A stretch of 64,000 nt of DNA from Candidatus Acididesulfobacter guangdongensis (lineage in GTDB: Bacteria > SZUA-79 > Acidulodesulfobacterales > Acidulodesulfobacteraceae). The notes below the pieces were generated by a model. The model was not told the origin of the DNA and made no database searches. It worked only from the letters and a program-made list of their open reading frames with translations. This document shows positions 19,983 to 30,616 of this stretch, in pieces (the stretch's first letter is position 1; the number at the start of each line of letters is the position of its first letter). The stretch spans positions 28,631 through 92,630 of the forward strand of contig SGBC01000004.1 of NCBI GenBank assembly GCA_004195045.1, read 5' to 3'. The position numbers and the translations under genes were made by a program.

Positions 19983-20685
19983 ATCAGGGCTTTTAATAAT
20001 AGATAAACCGGCAGATATTACATCTTTCGGGGTAGATAATTTTATAAAAAAAACATTGAATTGTAAAAAAGTAGGTCATGCAGGCACTATTGATCCGTTC
20101 GCCACAGGAGTTTTGCCTATTTTAATAAATAATGCTACAAAATTGCAAGACAAGTTTCTTGATATGCCAAAATCATACGAAGGAACATTTGAATGCGGGA
20201 AGTTTACCGATACGCTTGATGCGTCAGGTAAAATAATTATAGAAAAAGAAATTTCCGGTGACGATGTTGTTGGAATTTCAAACTATCTGCGGAATTTAAA
20301 GGGAGATATTATTCAAAAAGCTCCGTTATACAGTGCTAAAAAATATAAGGGCATAGCCTTCTATAAATATGCAAGAAAGAATAAAAGCAATGAATTGCCG
20401 GATGAAATTATTAATAAAACATCAACGGTTCATATATATGAATTTGAAATCAAATCTGTTGAAGGATTGTTTATTAATTTTAGCTGCAGGGTTTCTAAGG
20501 GCACATATATAAGAGCTTTTGCGCAAGATATTCTAGATAATTTTAATTTACCGATTAACCTTATTTCTCTCAGAAGAACAAATGCAGGCGGATACGATAT
20601 TTCAGATGCAATATCTTTTAAAGACCTTGAAAAAGGCAAAGATTTTATTGTAAGTAATCTGATTAATATAGATTCAAATCATTAG
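19957..20685 (+). CDS. truB: tRNA pseudouridine(55) synthase
   Basis: GLLIIDKP...VGHAGTIDPFATGVLPI with the catalytic Asp. Confidence 0.85.
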   Translation: MNTAEKFSRSGLLIIDKPADITSFGVDNFIKKTLNCKKVGHAGTIDPFATGVLPILINNATKLQDKFLDMPKSYEGTFECGKFTDTLDASGKIIIEKEISGDDVVGISNYLRNLKGDIIQKAPLYSAKKYKGIAFYKYARKNKSNELPDEIINKTSTVHIYEFEIKSVEGLFINFSCRVSKGTYIRAFAQDILDNFNLPINLISLRRTNAGGYDISDAISFKDLEKGKDFIVSNLINIDSNH

Positions 20686-20802
20686 TTCTTATTTTTGCGA
20701 TTCTATATTTACTGCGTTACTCAGTACAATTGTATATTAGGATTTATTTATTAAAAAAAATTAACATATAATATTAAACTATTTTTTGGAGGAATTTATT
20801 AA

Positions 20803-21072
20803 ATGGCTATATCAAAAGAGGAAAAACAGTCAATAATCGGAAAATTTAAACAGCATGATTCCGATTCAGGTTCTGTTGAGGTACAGGTTGCGTTATTAAC
20901 TTACCGCATAAATTTATTATCTGAACATTTTAAGAAGTTTGCTAAAGACCATCACTCAAGAAGAGGACTCTTAAAAATGGTTTCGAGAAGAAGGCATCTT
21001 CTTGATTATATTAAAGGAAAAGATGAAGCTAGATATAAATCTTTAATAGAATCTCTTGAGCTTAGAAAATGA
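20803..21072 (+). CDS. rpsO: 30S ribosomal protein S15
   Basis: 89 aa with [52 protein letters not shown]. Confidence 0.95.
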   Translation: MAISKEEKQSIIGKFKQHDSDSGSVEVQVALLTYRINLLSEHFKKFAKDHHSRRGLLKMVSRRRHLLDYIKGKDEARYKSLIESLELRK

Positions 21073-21149
21073 TTTTAAATTAATTTAACTATATTGCTGT
21101 TAAGTTTTTTTATATTCGGCAATAAAAGAGATGAGGATTAAATATTACG

Positions 21150-23231
21150 ATGATAAATAATTATATTGTTGAAAGCTTTGATTTAGACGGGAAAAAAATT
21201 ACTATTGAAGCAGGAAGATTAGCTAAGCAGGCTAGCGGCAGCGCATTAGTCACTATCGGAAAGACTAAAGTGCTTGTTACTACCTGTGTAAATAAAAATA
21301 TTAAAGAAGGTATAGATTTTATGCCTCTGACAGTAAATTATGTCGAGAAATTCTATTCCGCAGGCAGAATACCGGGAGGTTTTTTTAAAAGAGAAGGAAG
21401 GGCTACAGAAAAAGAAGTTCTTACTTCAAGATTTTTAGACCGTCCTATAAGACCGCTTTTTCCCGAAAATTATTTTTTGGATACTCAGGTTATTGCAACC
21501 GTTGTATCGATGGATGAGGAAAATGACCCGGATATGGCAGCTATGCTCGGTGTTTCATTTTCGCTTATATCTTCAGAGATTCCTTTCAATGGTCCTACCG
21601 CAGGTGTAAGAGTAGGAAGGATAAACGGAGAATTTATTGTTAACCCGACCTATCAGGAAATTGAAAAAAGCGATACGCACCTGGTAATAGCAGGTTCAAG
21701 CGATGCAATAACGATGGTGGAAGGAAGTTTTGACGAATTAGACGAAGAAGTGCTTCTTTCGGCAATAAATTTTGGACATAATAAAATTAAAGAGTTGGCG
21801 GCATTTCAAAAATCTATTATCGATAAATTGGATATAAAGAAAATAGAAATTCCTTTACAGGATAAACCTGAAGAAATTATAGAAAAAATTAGAGAAAATG
21901 TATACGATGAATTAAAAAAATGTATATTGATAACCTCTAAACAGGAAAGGAATGAAGCTGTATCATCTCTTAGAGAAAAAACTAAAACATTATTCAGCGA
22001 AATTTATCCGGATAATGAAAATATAATATATGCTGTATTTGAAGATATTCAGAAAGATATATTAAGAAATTTAATTTTAGACGAAGGCAAAAGAATAGAC
22101 GGCAGGGGTTTAAAAGATATAAGACCGATAACCTGTTCCATAGATGAAATTCCAATGGCTCACGGTTCTGCGGTTTTCACTCGCGGAGAAACTCAAGCTT
22201 TAGTGGTGACGACATTAGGGACAAAATTTGACGAACAGATTGTGGATGCCCCTGAAAAAGAATCGTCTAAAAGATTTATGATACATTATAATTTTCCTCC
22301 GTTTTCTGTCGGAGAAGTCGCTCCGTTAAGAGGTCCCGGCAGGCGTGAAATAGGGCACGGTTCTCTCGGCGAAAAAGCACTGAGATATGTTATTCCTTCT
22401 AAGGACGAATTTCCTTATACCATAAGGATTGTTTCCGAAATTCTTGAATCAAACGGTTCTTCATCTCAGGCAACAATTTGCGGGGCTACTTTGTCTCTTA
22501 TGGACGCAGGAGTGCCTATTAAATCACCTATAGCCGGTATTGCAATGGGACTTATAAAAGAAAATGAAAAAGTTGCAATATTAACTGATATTTTAGGCGA
22601 CGAAGATCATCTCGGAGATATGGATTTTAAAGTTGCAGGAACAAGAAACGGTGTTACGGCTCTTCAAATGGATATAAAGATTGCCGGCGTAACCGACGAT
22701 ATATTGCGCAATGCTTTGGCTCAAGCGAAAGAAGGACGTATTACTATTCTTGATATTATGCTTAAAACGATTAACGAACCTAAGAAAGAACTTGCTTCCA
22801 ACGCTCCCCAAATCATAACAATCAGGGTTAAACCAGACAAAGTCAGAGAAATTATTGGACAGGGCGGCAAGGTTATTAAAGGGATAATTGAAAAAAGCGG
22901 AGCGAAGATAGATATTGATGATACCGGAAAAGTAAATATATATTCATCCGATAAAAATTCTTTAGATATTGCCGTTGCGATGATAAGCGACATTACTCAG
23001 GAAGCCGAGATAGGAAAAATATATTACGGAAAGGTCAGAAAAATAATGGATTTTGGCGCTTTTGTCGAAATATTTCCTGGAACGGACGGTCTTGTTCATA
23101 TATCTCAACTTGACGAAAAACGGGTTGAAAACGTATCCGATTTTCTAAAAGAAGGCGATGAAGTGAAGGTTAAGGTTATAGATATTGATAAAGCAGGTAA
23201 AATTAAACTTTCCATAAAAGCGGCTTTATAA
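21150..23231 (+). CDS. pnp: polyribonucleotide nucleotidyltransferase (PNPase)
   Basis: Two RNase PH domains, a KH domain (IIGQGGKVIKGI) and an S1 domain (GKVRKIMDFGAFVEI). Confidence 0.95.
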   Translation: MINNYIVESFDLDGKKITIEAGRLAKQASGSALVTIGKTKVLVTTCVNKNIKEGIDFMPLTVNYVEKFYSAGRIPGGFFKREGRATEKEVLTSRFLDRPIRPLFPENYFLDTQVIATVVSMDEENDPDMAAMLGVSFSLISSEIPFNGPTAGVRVGRINGEFIVNPTYQEIEKSDTHLVIAGSSDAITMVEGSFDELDEEVLLSAINFGHNKIKELAAFQKSIIDKLDIKKIEIPLQDKPEEIIEKIRENVYDELKKCILITSKQERNEAVSSLREKTKTLFSEIYPDNENIIYAVFEDIQKDILRNLILDEGKRIDGRGLKDIRPITCSIDEIPMAHGSAVFTRGETQALVVTTLGTKFDEQIVDAPEKESSKRFMIHYNFPPFSVGEVAPLRGPGRREIGHGSLGEKALRYVIPSKDEFPYTIRIVSEILESNGSSSQATICGATLSLMDAGVPIKSPIAGIAMGLIKENEKVAILTDILGDEDHLGDMDFKVAGTRNGVTALQMDIKIAGVTDDILRNALAQAKEGRITILDIMLKTINEPKKELASNAPQIITIRVKPDKVREIIGQGGKVIKGIIEKSGAKIDIDDTGKVNIYSSDKNSLDIAVAMISDITQEAEIGKIYYGKVRKIMDFGAFVEIFPGTDGLVHISQLDEKRVENVSDFLKEGDEVKVKVIDIDKAGKIKLSIKAAL

Positions 23232-23245
23232 CAGGTGCAAAAAAT

Positions 23246-24544
23246 ATGAGACAGGTTTATAAAGATATTTTAGAATCAGGCGCAACTGTTATAACTGAAA
23301 GGAAATCTTATTTTGATTCTATTTCTATCGGTTTTTGGGTAAAAACAGGCAGTTCAAATGAACCTTCCGATATCAACGGCATATCGCATTTTATAGAGCA
23401 TATGCTTTTTAAAGGAACAAAAAAACGTTCATATTTAGATATTGATAAAGAAATTGATATTATGGGAGGAGCGTTAAATGCTTTTACCGGAAACGAATTA
23501 ACCTGTTTTTATACAAAAGTCTTGGCAAAAAACTATGAAAGAGCTATTGATTTGCTTACGGATATAATGTTTAATTCGTTGTTTTCCGCAAGCGAAATTG
23601 AAAAGGAAAAATCTGTCGTGCTCCAAGAGATCATGGGCGCTCAGGACGATCCGTACGATTATGTTCATGACCTTTTTCATGAAGACTTTTACGGTAATTC
23701 TTTTTACGGAAATCCTATACTGGGAAATGCTGAAACGGTGCAGAGTTTTGACAAAGATAAGATTATTAAATATTTTAATGAATATTATGTCCCTCAAAAC
23801 ATTATAGTATCCGTTGCCGGAAATATAGACCATAGTAAAGTGGTAGCCTCTATAGATTCGTTTATAAAAAAGTTTTATAAAGAAAATAATCAAAATAAAT
23901 TTAATAATAGCGGATTGAAAAGCGGCAAAAACCATGATAGTTTAAATACTTTGAATAGCGTAAATAAAAAAATACCTAAAAATTACGGTGAATTTTTTCA
24001 TAGCAAAGATTTAGAGCAGATTCATTTTATACTCGGATTCGACGGTATTAAGAAAACAGACAAAGAATATTATGTCATGGAAATTTTAAATACAGTTCTC
24101 GGCGGTTCCGTCAGCTCACGGTTATTTCAAGAGGTGAGAGAAAAAAAAGGTTTGGCATATTCTATTTATTCCAGCAGCGTTTTTCACAGGACAGACGGCT
24201 ATGTATTAATATATGCGGGGGTTGCAAAAGACAAATTTAAGACGGCAAAAGACGTTATTTTAAATATTGTTAATGAGTTGTCAGAAAACAAGATTAGTGC
24301 AGATGACATATCGAATGCAAAAAAACATGTATCGGACAGTTTTTTGCTTGGATTAGAATCGTCCAGCAATTTAATGACCCGGAATGCTTTAAATGAAATA
24401 TACTATAGCAAATATATTTCAAAAAGTCAGGTATTAAAAAAAATAGAAGCCGTAAATGATGACTCAATATTTAATTTGACCAATAAAATATTTTCAGATA
24501 GAAATAAAGTATTGGTAACTGTTCTCGGTAAAGAGCATAGCTGA
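23246..24544 (+). CDS. M16-family zinc peptidase (pitrilysin-like)
   Basis: Inverted zinc motif HFIEHMLFKGT (HxxEH). Position after pnp is common. Confidence 0.85.
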   Translation: MRQVYKDILESGATVITERKSYFDSISIGFWVKTGSSNEPSDINGISHFIEHMLFKGTKKRSYLDIDKEIDIMGGALNAFTGNELTCFYTKVLAKNYERAIDLLTDIMFNSLFSASEIEKEKSVVLQEIMGAQDDPYDYVHDLFHEDFYGNSFYGNPILGNAETVQSFDKDKIIKYFNEYYVPQNIIVSVAGNIDHSKVVASIDSFIKKFYKENNQNKFNNSGLKSGKNHDSLNTLNSVNKKIPKNYGEFFHSKDLEQIHFILGFDGIKKTDKEYYVMEILNTVLGGSVSSRLFQEVREKKGLAYSIYSSSVFHRTDGYVLIYAGVAKDKFKTAKDVILNIVNELSENKISADDISNAKKHVSDSFLLGLESSSNLMTRNALNEIYYSKYISKSQVLKKIEAVNDDSIFNLTNKIFSDRNKVLVTVLGKEHS

Positions 24545-24603
24545 TTTTATTATTATAAAACATTATAAAAACAAAGAAATTATTTTATGTATATTATACT
24601 ATT

Positions 24604-25170
24604 ATGAGTCAGGAAGATGTTCATTATCCAAAATCTTACGATATAACTTATAGAATCGGCTATGGTGTGGGATTTGCAGGAATTTTAATATTTGTTGCCG
24701 CCTATTTTTTCAGCAGTTCCGATTATATATTGCTGGGGCTTTCAATATTTGAAGCAGGGACGCTGCTTTCGGGAATATTTCTTCTTGTGTGGAGAAAAGA
24801 AGTTAAGATTTTTATTCTTTCATGTATTATTACAGGAATACTGCTTGGCGCTATTTCTTTTTATTTTATTAATTTTAATGATTTATTTAAAGATATCTTA
24901 ATCATAATTTCAATCGGATTTGTACTTGCGGGCTTAGGCGGTTTATACGGTAAAGAAGCGCATTGTTTCCATTTTTATGAAGGATGGATTTTATTGTGGT
25001 CATTTCCAATATTAATTCTGTTGAATATTATTGCTTATGCCGCAAATATTCAATTTTTCCCCTTCGTGCATACCATTTTTAGTATATTATATTTGATTAT
25101 TGCGGTACTTGCTTTTTCATTTTTAATTAAAAAAATAAAACAGCCGCTCATGCAGTATTGCAAAAATTAA
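24604..25170 (+). CDS. hypothetical multi-pass membrane protein
   Basis: 188 aa with 5-6 hydrophobic helices. No confident family assignment. Confidence 0.5.
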   Translation: MSQEDVHYPKSYDITYRIGYGVGFAGILIFVAAYFFSSSDYILLGLSIFEAGTLLSGIFLLVWRKEVKIFILSCIITGILLGAISFYFINFNDLFKDILIIISIGFVLAGLGGLYGKEAHCFHFYEGWILLWSFPILILLNIIAYAANIQFFPFVHTIFSILYLIIAVLAFSFLIKKIKQPLMQYCKN

Positions 25171-25265
25171 TATAAAATATTATTGTCCATATACAAATCT
25201 ATATATAAATATAAATAGATATAAACTATATAAAATAGATATATAAAATATTATAAATTATACAT

Positions 25266-25320
25266 ATACCTTAATCCTGCAATAGAAAATATTTATGCAT
25301 TTCTTTGCTCGGTTAAGCAA
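25266..25320. repeat. second, truncated copy (left half) of the 2541-2650 element
   Basis: 55/55 identity to 2541-2595 (ATACCTTAATCCTGCAATAGAAAATATTTATGCATTTCTTTGCTCGGTTAAGCAA). The right arm and the GC-rich hairpin are absent. Confidence 0.9.
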
Positions 25321-25328
25321 AAAATTTA

Positions 25329-25357
25329 TTGACTTATGACTATAAAGTCATTACAAT
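25329..25357 (+). promoter_or_regulatory. candidate sigma-70 promoter with a palindromic operator in the spacer (efflux operon)
   Basis: TTGACT (25329-25334), 17 nt, TACAAT (25352-25357). The spacer contains ATGACT-ataa-AGTCAT (25336-25351). Confidence 0.55.
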
Positions 25358-25498
25358 ATTATAGTATCGGGCTATTTTTATAAATATGCTTTAATGGACG
25401 TAAAAAGCTGTAAAGCTATATGTAAAAAAAAGCATACTTTTTAACAAATTATTTATAAAAGCATTAGACATAATAAAAATTAAGGAATGGCAGCATAA

Positions 25499-26113
25499 AT
25501 GACTGAAGAAGAAACAGGAAAAATAAATAAATTCGATTGTATTTTAGCGTCTGCAAGAAAACTTATTGAACAAGAAGGTTTTTCTAATTTTACTATGGAT
25601 AAGCTGGCTAGTAATGCAGGGGTTGCGAAAGGCACTATTTATCTTTATTTTAAAGACAAAAACGATGTGCTTGAAAATGTTTTAAAAAGCGGCTTTCAAA
25701 TTATGTTTAGCAGGATGACTGATAAAGTAGAAAAAAAAGAAACCCCTGAAGAAAAAATTAAAACTTTAATATATGAAAACCTTTTATATATTGGCGAAAA
25801 TAAATACTTTTTCAAAACAGTTTTTTTAGACGAGATGCACGTCGTATTTTTAAAAAAAACTTCTCAGGAATCTTATAATTTGAGAAGAAGAAAATATGCA
25901 GTATTTATTTCTGAGATAATTATTAAAGGCATAGACGAAGGTATTTTTAAAAATCTATTAGACCCTTTAAAGGCTGGTTTTTACCTCATTTCCCTTATTA
26001 AAACTAATGCTATATATAATTTTAGAAATAATAAGGCTGAATTTAACGAAGATTTAATTAAATCGGAAGCAGCTGAAATATTTGATATTTTTATTGACGG
26101 AATCAAAAATTAA
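25499..26113 (+). CDS. TetR/AcrR-family transcriptional repressor
   Basis: N-terminal HTH FSNFTMDKLASNAGVAKGTIYLYFKDK. First gene of the efflux operon. Confidence 0.85.
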   Translation: MTEEETGKINKFDCILASARKLIEQEGFSNFTMDKLASNAGVAKGTIYLYFKDKNDVLENVLKSGFQIMFSRMTDKVEKKETPEEKIKTLIYENLLYIGENKYFFKTVFLDEMHVVFLKKTSQESYNLRRRKYAVFISEIIIKGIDEGIFKNLLDPLKAGFYLISLIKTNAIYNFRNNKAEFNEDLIKSEAAEIFDIFIDGIKN

Positions 26114-26123
26114 TTAAAGGATT

Positions 26124-27344
26124 ATGAAAATGAAAAATAAAATTATAAATTTTTTAGAATACAAAAATATTATCGGTACTAATGAGAGATATAATCAAGG
26201 TTCTAAATTAAATAGAAACAATGACCAAAATTTGGCTTCGGTGCGTAAAATATATAAAAAAAAAATTAAGTATATTTCAGCAGCTTCTTTGCTTCTGTTG
26301 TTTATTCTGATTTCTGTTTTTACTTTAAGCGCATGTTCAAGTAAAAAGATAGCGGTTAAGCATAATATGCTTGTGACGGTAAAACACGTTAAAACCATGA
26401 ATGCGCATGTATATATTACTTCACCGGGATATTTCATACCTTATAAAACAGCAGATGTTTCTTCCAGAACTGCAGGTCAGATAGTAAAAATTTATGCGCA
26501 TGACGGAAATTCAGTTCATGCCGGAGAAGTTTTGGCGGTTATAGACAGAACAAAAGCTCGTTATACGCTGAAGGCTCAGGAGGCTTTAATAAATAAAGAC
26601 AAGGCAAATCTTTCACTCGCGCTGACCACTTTAAAACGAGATAAAATGCTATACCGAAAGGAACTTTTAACACCTTTAGAATACGATGCCGCAATTTCAA
26701 ACTATAAAATAGCGTTTTCGGTACTTAATTCCGCTAAATCAGTTCTAGGGTTTGACGCGAAGAATTATAGGGATACTTTAATAAAATCATTAATTAGCGG
26801 CGTAGTTTATAAAAGGGATATTAACATTGGAGATTATGTTGCCGTAAATAAAGTTGCTTATGAAATTGTTTCCCTTAAACCGCTTGAATTAGAATTTCAT
26901 ATTCCTCAGAGCCAGATTCCTCAGATTAAAATTGGACAGACTGTATCTGCAGAGGTAAAGGGTTTTCCGAATAAAATGTTTAAGGGCAAAATATATTTCA
27001 TAAGCCCTCAGCTTAATCCTCAGACCAGAATGATAAGAGTAAAGGCATTATTTAAAAACAATAAATTAATCCTCAGACCGCAATTGTTTGCCAATGTCTA
27101 TGTTGAGGTTAAAACAATTCGGGACGGTTTTTTTGTACCTGAAGCAGCTTTGAGAACAGGTTTAACCGGAAATTTTGTTTTTATATATAAAAATGGCAAG
27201 GCTTATCTGAAAAAGGTAAAAACCGGTATAACAAAGAACGGATATATACAAATTATCAAAGGTATAACTAAAAATGATTTTGTAGTAGTCAAAGGTTCAA
27301 ATCTTGTACGGAACGGACAGACTGTCTCTGTTGCCGCTAAATAA
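26124..27344 (+). CDS. RND efflux periplasmic adaptor (membrane fusion protein, HlyD/AcrA family)
   Basis: Signal-anchor with lipobox-like LSAC, a coiled-coil hairpin region, and beta-barrel domain motifs. Between the TetR and RND pump genes. Confidence 0.85.
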   Translation: MKMKNKIINFLEYKNIIGTNERYNQGSKLNRNNDQNLASVRKIYKKKIKYISAASLLLLFILISVFTLSACSSKKIAVKHNMLVTVKHVKTMNAHVYITSPGYFIPYKTADVSSRTAGQIVKIYAHDGNSVHAGEVLAVIDRTKARYTLKAQEALINKDKANLSLALTTLKRDKMLYRKELLTPLEYDAAISNYKIAFSVLNSAKSVLGFDAKNYRDTLIKSLISGVVYKRDINIGDYVAVNKVAYEIVSLKPLELEFHIPQSQIPQIKIGQTVSAEVKGFPNKMFKGKIYFISPQLNPQTRMIRVKALFKNNKLILRPQLFANVYVEVKTIRDGFFVPEAALRTGLTGNFVFIYKNGKAYLKKVKTGITKNGYIQIIKGITKNDFVVVKGSNLVRNGQTVSVAAK

Positions 27345-27381
27345 TGATTCAGATAAATAAAATTTAAATAAATTCATTATT

Positions 27382-30300
27382 ATGAAAATTTCTGATATAT
27401 CTATTAAAAGACCTGTATTTGCCGTAATGATGGTAAGTATTTTTGTTGTTCTCGGCATTTTTGGGTACTTTACCCTTGCAGTAGATTTATATCCTAATAT
27501 TCAATTTCCTATCGTAAACATAACGACAACTTTGCCAGGCGCAAGTCCCAAAGAAATGGAGCTTGATGTTACCAAGAAAATTGAAGATGCCGTAAATTCC
27601 GTTTCAGGCATAAAACATATCATGTCCACCAGCAGCGTTGGACAGTCTACCGTGACGGTTGAATTTCATTTAAACAGAAATATAGACCACAGATACGAAG
27701 TGGTAACAGCCGACGTAGATGCTATTCTGGATACGCTGCCTAAAAATATTAATACGCCTGTAATTAAAAAATTAAATGTAAATTCTTCACCTATTTTATG
27801 GATTACCCTCAGCGGAAACCGCTCAAAAAGATTTTTGACATTTTATGCCGAAAAGGTTCTGGAGCGCAAATTTGAAAGATTATCCGGTGTAGGACAGGTT
27901 ATAGTCAGCGGCGCAAGAAACAGAAGAATGGAATTTTATATCAATAATAATAAACTTATAAGTCATAACCTTGGCGTAAATCAAGTAATAAGTGCTATAG
28001 AATCTCAAAGCGTTGCAATGCCGACCGGTAATTTAAAAACTAATACCAAAACATATTTTACATATTTAAAAGGCAGACTTCACAGTTCAAAAGCTTTTAA
28101 CAATATGATAATAAACAGCGTGGGCGGTGTTCCGGTAAAATTTTCTCAGATAGGACTTGCAAAAAATTATGAAGCTCCGGCTACTTCTATAACTACTTTC
28201 GACGGAAAACCGGCAGTGGGGTTAGGTATAACCATTAAAACACATGCGAATGCCGTAAAAGTAGCAGACGAATCGATTAGTTATTTGAATGAAATAAAAT
28301 ATTCGTTCCCTCCCGGCGTCCATGCTTCAATTGCGTATAACAGCGCAACGTATATTAAAAGGTCTATATCTTCTGTAGAATTTGATATTGTATGGGGCGC
28401 TATTCTTACGGTTCTAATCGTATTTTTTTTCTTGAAAGATATAAGGACTACATTGATTGCGGCTACTTCGCTTCCTGCCGCCGTCATTTCTACTTTCGGA
28501 TTTATGCATATGATGGGTTTTGCTTTAAACAATATGACTATGCTGGGTCTGTCTCTTTCCGTAGGACTTTTAATAGACGATGCTATAGTTGTCATTGAAA
28601 ATATATTCAGGCATGTGGAAAACGGCGAAGAACGGGTTGCCGCTTCCATGAATTCGATGAGCGAAATAGGCATCGCTATTTTAGCAACGACTCTGTCCAT
28701 TGTTGCCGTATTTGTCCCGGTTGCTTTTATGCCGGGTATGATAGGTAAATTCTTCTATGAATTTGGTTTAACGGTTGCTTTTGCCGTTCTTGTTTCATTA
28801 TTCGTGTCTTTTACCCTTACGCCTATGCTCGCGTCAAAATTTGTAGTTCACAAAAAGAAACACGGAGCGCTTTTTACAGTTCTTGAGAACATGATGCGCA
28901 GGGTTACAGCTATATACAAAAATATGATAGGATGGAGTTTAAATCACCGGTTAATTGTGGTATTAGCCGCAATTTTAATATTTGTGGGCTCTCTGTATAT
29001 GACTAAATATATAGGCAAAGAGATGATGCCGCCGTCTAATTCAGGGAATTTTCTTGTATATTTTCAAGCGCCTGAAGGAACAAGCGTCAGGGTTATGAAA
29101 AAATATTCTGCAAAACTTTACAAGGTTGTCGAAAAAACTCCTTTCCTTAAAAGTATTTTTATGGCAACAGGTTTTGGCGCGAACGGTTCAAGGTATAAAG
29201 GAATGTTCTTTGTTGCTATTAAAAGTAATAGAAATCTAAATCAGCAGCAGGTAATGGGAATATTACGAAAAAAAATAGCCGTAGTGCCCGGCGTTATTAC
29301 TCAGGTAATGGATATGCCGACGGTTGGCGGCGCTTCTCAAAATGTTGCGCCTCTGCAAGTTATAATTATGGGTCCAAGCTTGAGCAGGATAACGGCTTAT
29401 TCTGAACAATTAATGCATAAACTAAGAAAAACTCCCGGACTTATAGACGTAACTTCAAATATGCAATTTCATCAGCCCGAGCTTTTGATACATGTTAAAA
29501 GAAATATAGCCGGTTCTCTTGGTGTGAGCGTTGCTTCTATAGGAGAAACTATAGATGCCTTAGTAGGCGGTGATATAAATATTTTTAAAAATTACAACTT
29601 TGTTTATGAAAATCACATATATAATCAGCAGATAAGATTATTCAGAAACGAAAGAAATAAACCCGGAGATATTAAAAATATATATGTTTCTAATAATGCC
29701 GGTAAACTTGTACCTTTAAGAGACCTTATAACCATAAAAAAAACGATAGGTCCTCAGGTAATAAACAGAAGGGATTTAGAAAATGCCGTCACTGTTTATG
29801 CTAATATGGCAAACCATGTACCGTTGGGGTTCGGAATAAAGAAAGCGACTGAATATCTTAGCAGAATAATTCCTAAAAAATCTTTATATACCTACGAATT
29901 TTCAGGCATGGCTTCTAAGATGAAGCAATCTTTCGCTTCTATGGGCGGAGCGCTGCTGCTTGCTTTAATAATTGTTTATATGATACTGGCATCTTTGTTT
30001 GACAGTTTTGTCGATCCTTTAGTTATTATGCTTTCCGTTCCATTAGCGTTAGTCGGCGCGATAGGAGCTTTGTTTTTAGCGCATAGAAACTTAAGCGTTA
30101 TTGCGCTTATAGGAATAATACTGCTGCTCGGTCTTGTCGTAAAAAATGCTATATTATTAGTAGATTATACAATTATTTTAATTAAAGAACGCAATTACAA
30201 AAGAAATGATGCAATAATTGAAGCAGGAAGCGTCAGACTGCGTCCTATTTTAATGACCACAATGGCTATGGTTTTCGGTATGCTGCCTATAGCTCTCGGC

Positions 30301-30444
30301 ACAGGAGTAGGCGCTTCTTCAAGAGCTCCTATGGGCATAGATGTTATAGGCGGACTTTTAACCTCCATGTTTCTGACATTGATAGTCGTACCTGTTGTTT
30401 ACTCTCTTGTTGATGATTTAAAGAAAAAAGCAAGACGAAAATAA
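27382..30444 (+). CDS. RND efflux permease (AcrB/HAE1-like)
   Basis: 1020 aa. N-terminus ISDISIKRPVFAVMMVSIFVVLG and 12-TM architecture with two large periplasmic loops. Confidence 0.9.
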   Translation: MKISDISIKRPVFAVMMVSIFVVLGIFGYFTLAVDLYPNIQFPIVNITTTLPGASPKEMELDVTKKIEDAVNSVSGIKHIMSTSSVGQSTVTVEFHLNRNIDHRYEVVTADVDAILDTLPKNINTPVIKKLNVNSSPILWITLSGNRSKRFLTFYAEKVLERKFERLSGVGQVIVSGARNRRMEFYINNNKLISHNLGVNQVISAIESQSVAMPTGNLKTNTKTYFTYLKGRLHSSKAFNNMIINSVGGVPVKFSQIGLAKNYEAPATSITTFDGKPAVGLGITIKTHANAVKVADESISYLNEIKYSFPPGVHASIAYNSATYIKRSISSVEFDIVWGAILTVLIVFFFLKDIRTTLIAATSLPAAVISTFGFMHMMGFALNNMTMLGLSLSVGLLIDDAIVVIENIFRHVENGEERVAASMNSMSEIGIAILATTLSIVAVFVPVAFMPGMIGKFFYEFGLTVAFAVLVSLFVSFTLTPMLASKFVVHKKKHGALFTVLENMMRRVTAIYKNMIGWSLNHRLIVVLAAILIFVGSLYMTKYIGKEMMPPSNSGNFLVYFQAPEGTSVRVMKKYSAKLYKVVEKTPFLKSIFMATGFGANGSRYKGMFFVAIKSNRNLNQQQVMGILRKKIAVVPGVITQVMDMPTVGGASQNVAPLQVIIMGPSLSRITAYSEQLMHKLRKTPGLIDVTSNMQFHQPELLIHVKRNIAGSLGVSVASIGETIDALVGGDINIFKNYNFVYENHIYNQQIRLFRNERNKPGDIKNIYVSNNAGKLVPLRDLITIKKTIGPQVINRRDLENAVTVYANMANHVPLGFGIKKATEYLSRIIPKKSLYTYEFSGMASKMKQSFASMGGALLLALIIVYMILASLFDSFVDPLVIMLSVPLALVGAIGALFLAHRNLSVIALIGIILLLGLVVKNAILLVDYTIILIKERNYKRNDAIIEAGSVRLRPILMTTMAMVFGMLPIALGTGVGASSRAPMGIDVIGGLLTSMFLTLIVVPVVYSLVDDLKKKARRK

Positions 30445-30616
30445 ATAATCAAATAATCTTTAAAAAATTTTTAAATTTTATCCCATCCTTCTTTAGGCGA
30501 CAGCCTTAAATCTGTCACCTAAAATTTAAAGAGTTGCCCGCAATACAATAATAGAGTTACAACAGGCGGGAGTAATGCACACAGCTAAGGTAAATTATTT
30601 TGTAATCTAAATTAAA

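Noticed and set aside
30445-30616. Possible riboswitch or ncRNA in the RND-MFS spacer (hairpins AGGCGACAG/CTGTCACCT and CCCGC/GCGGG).
   Set aside because: The stems are short and imperfect. I could not match fluoride, guanidine or other efflux-associated riboswitch cores. This is probably just a terminator or promoter region.
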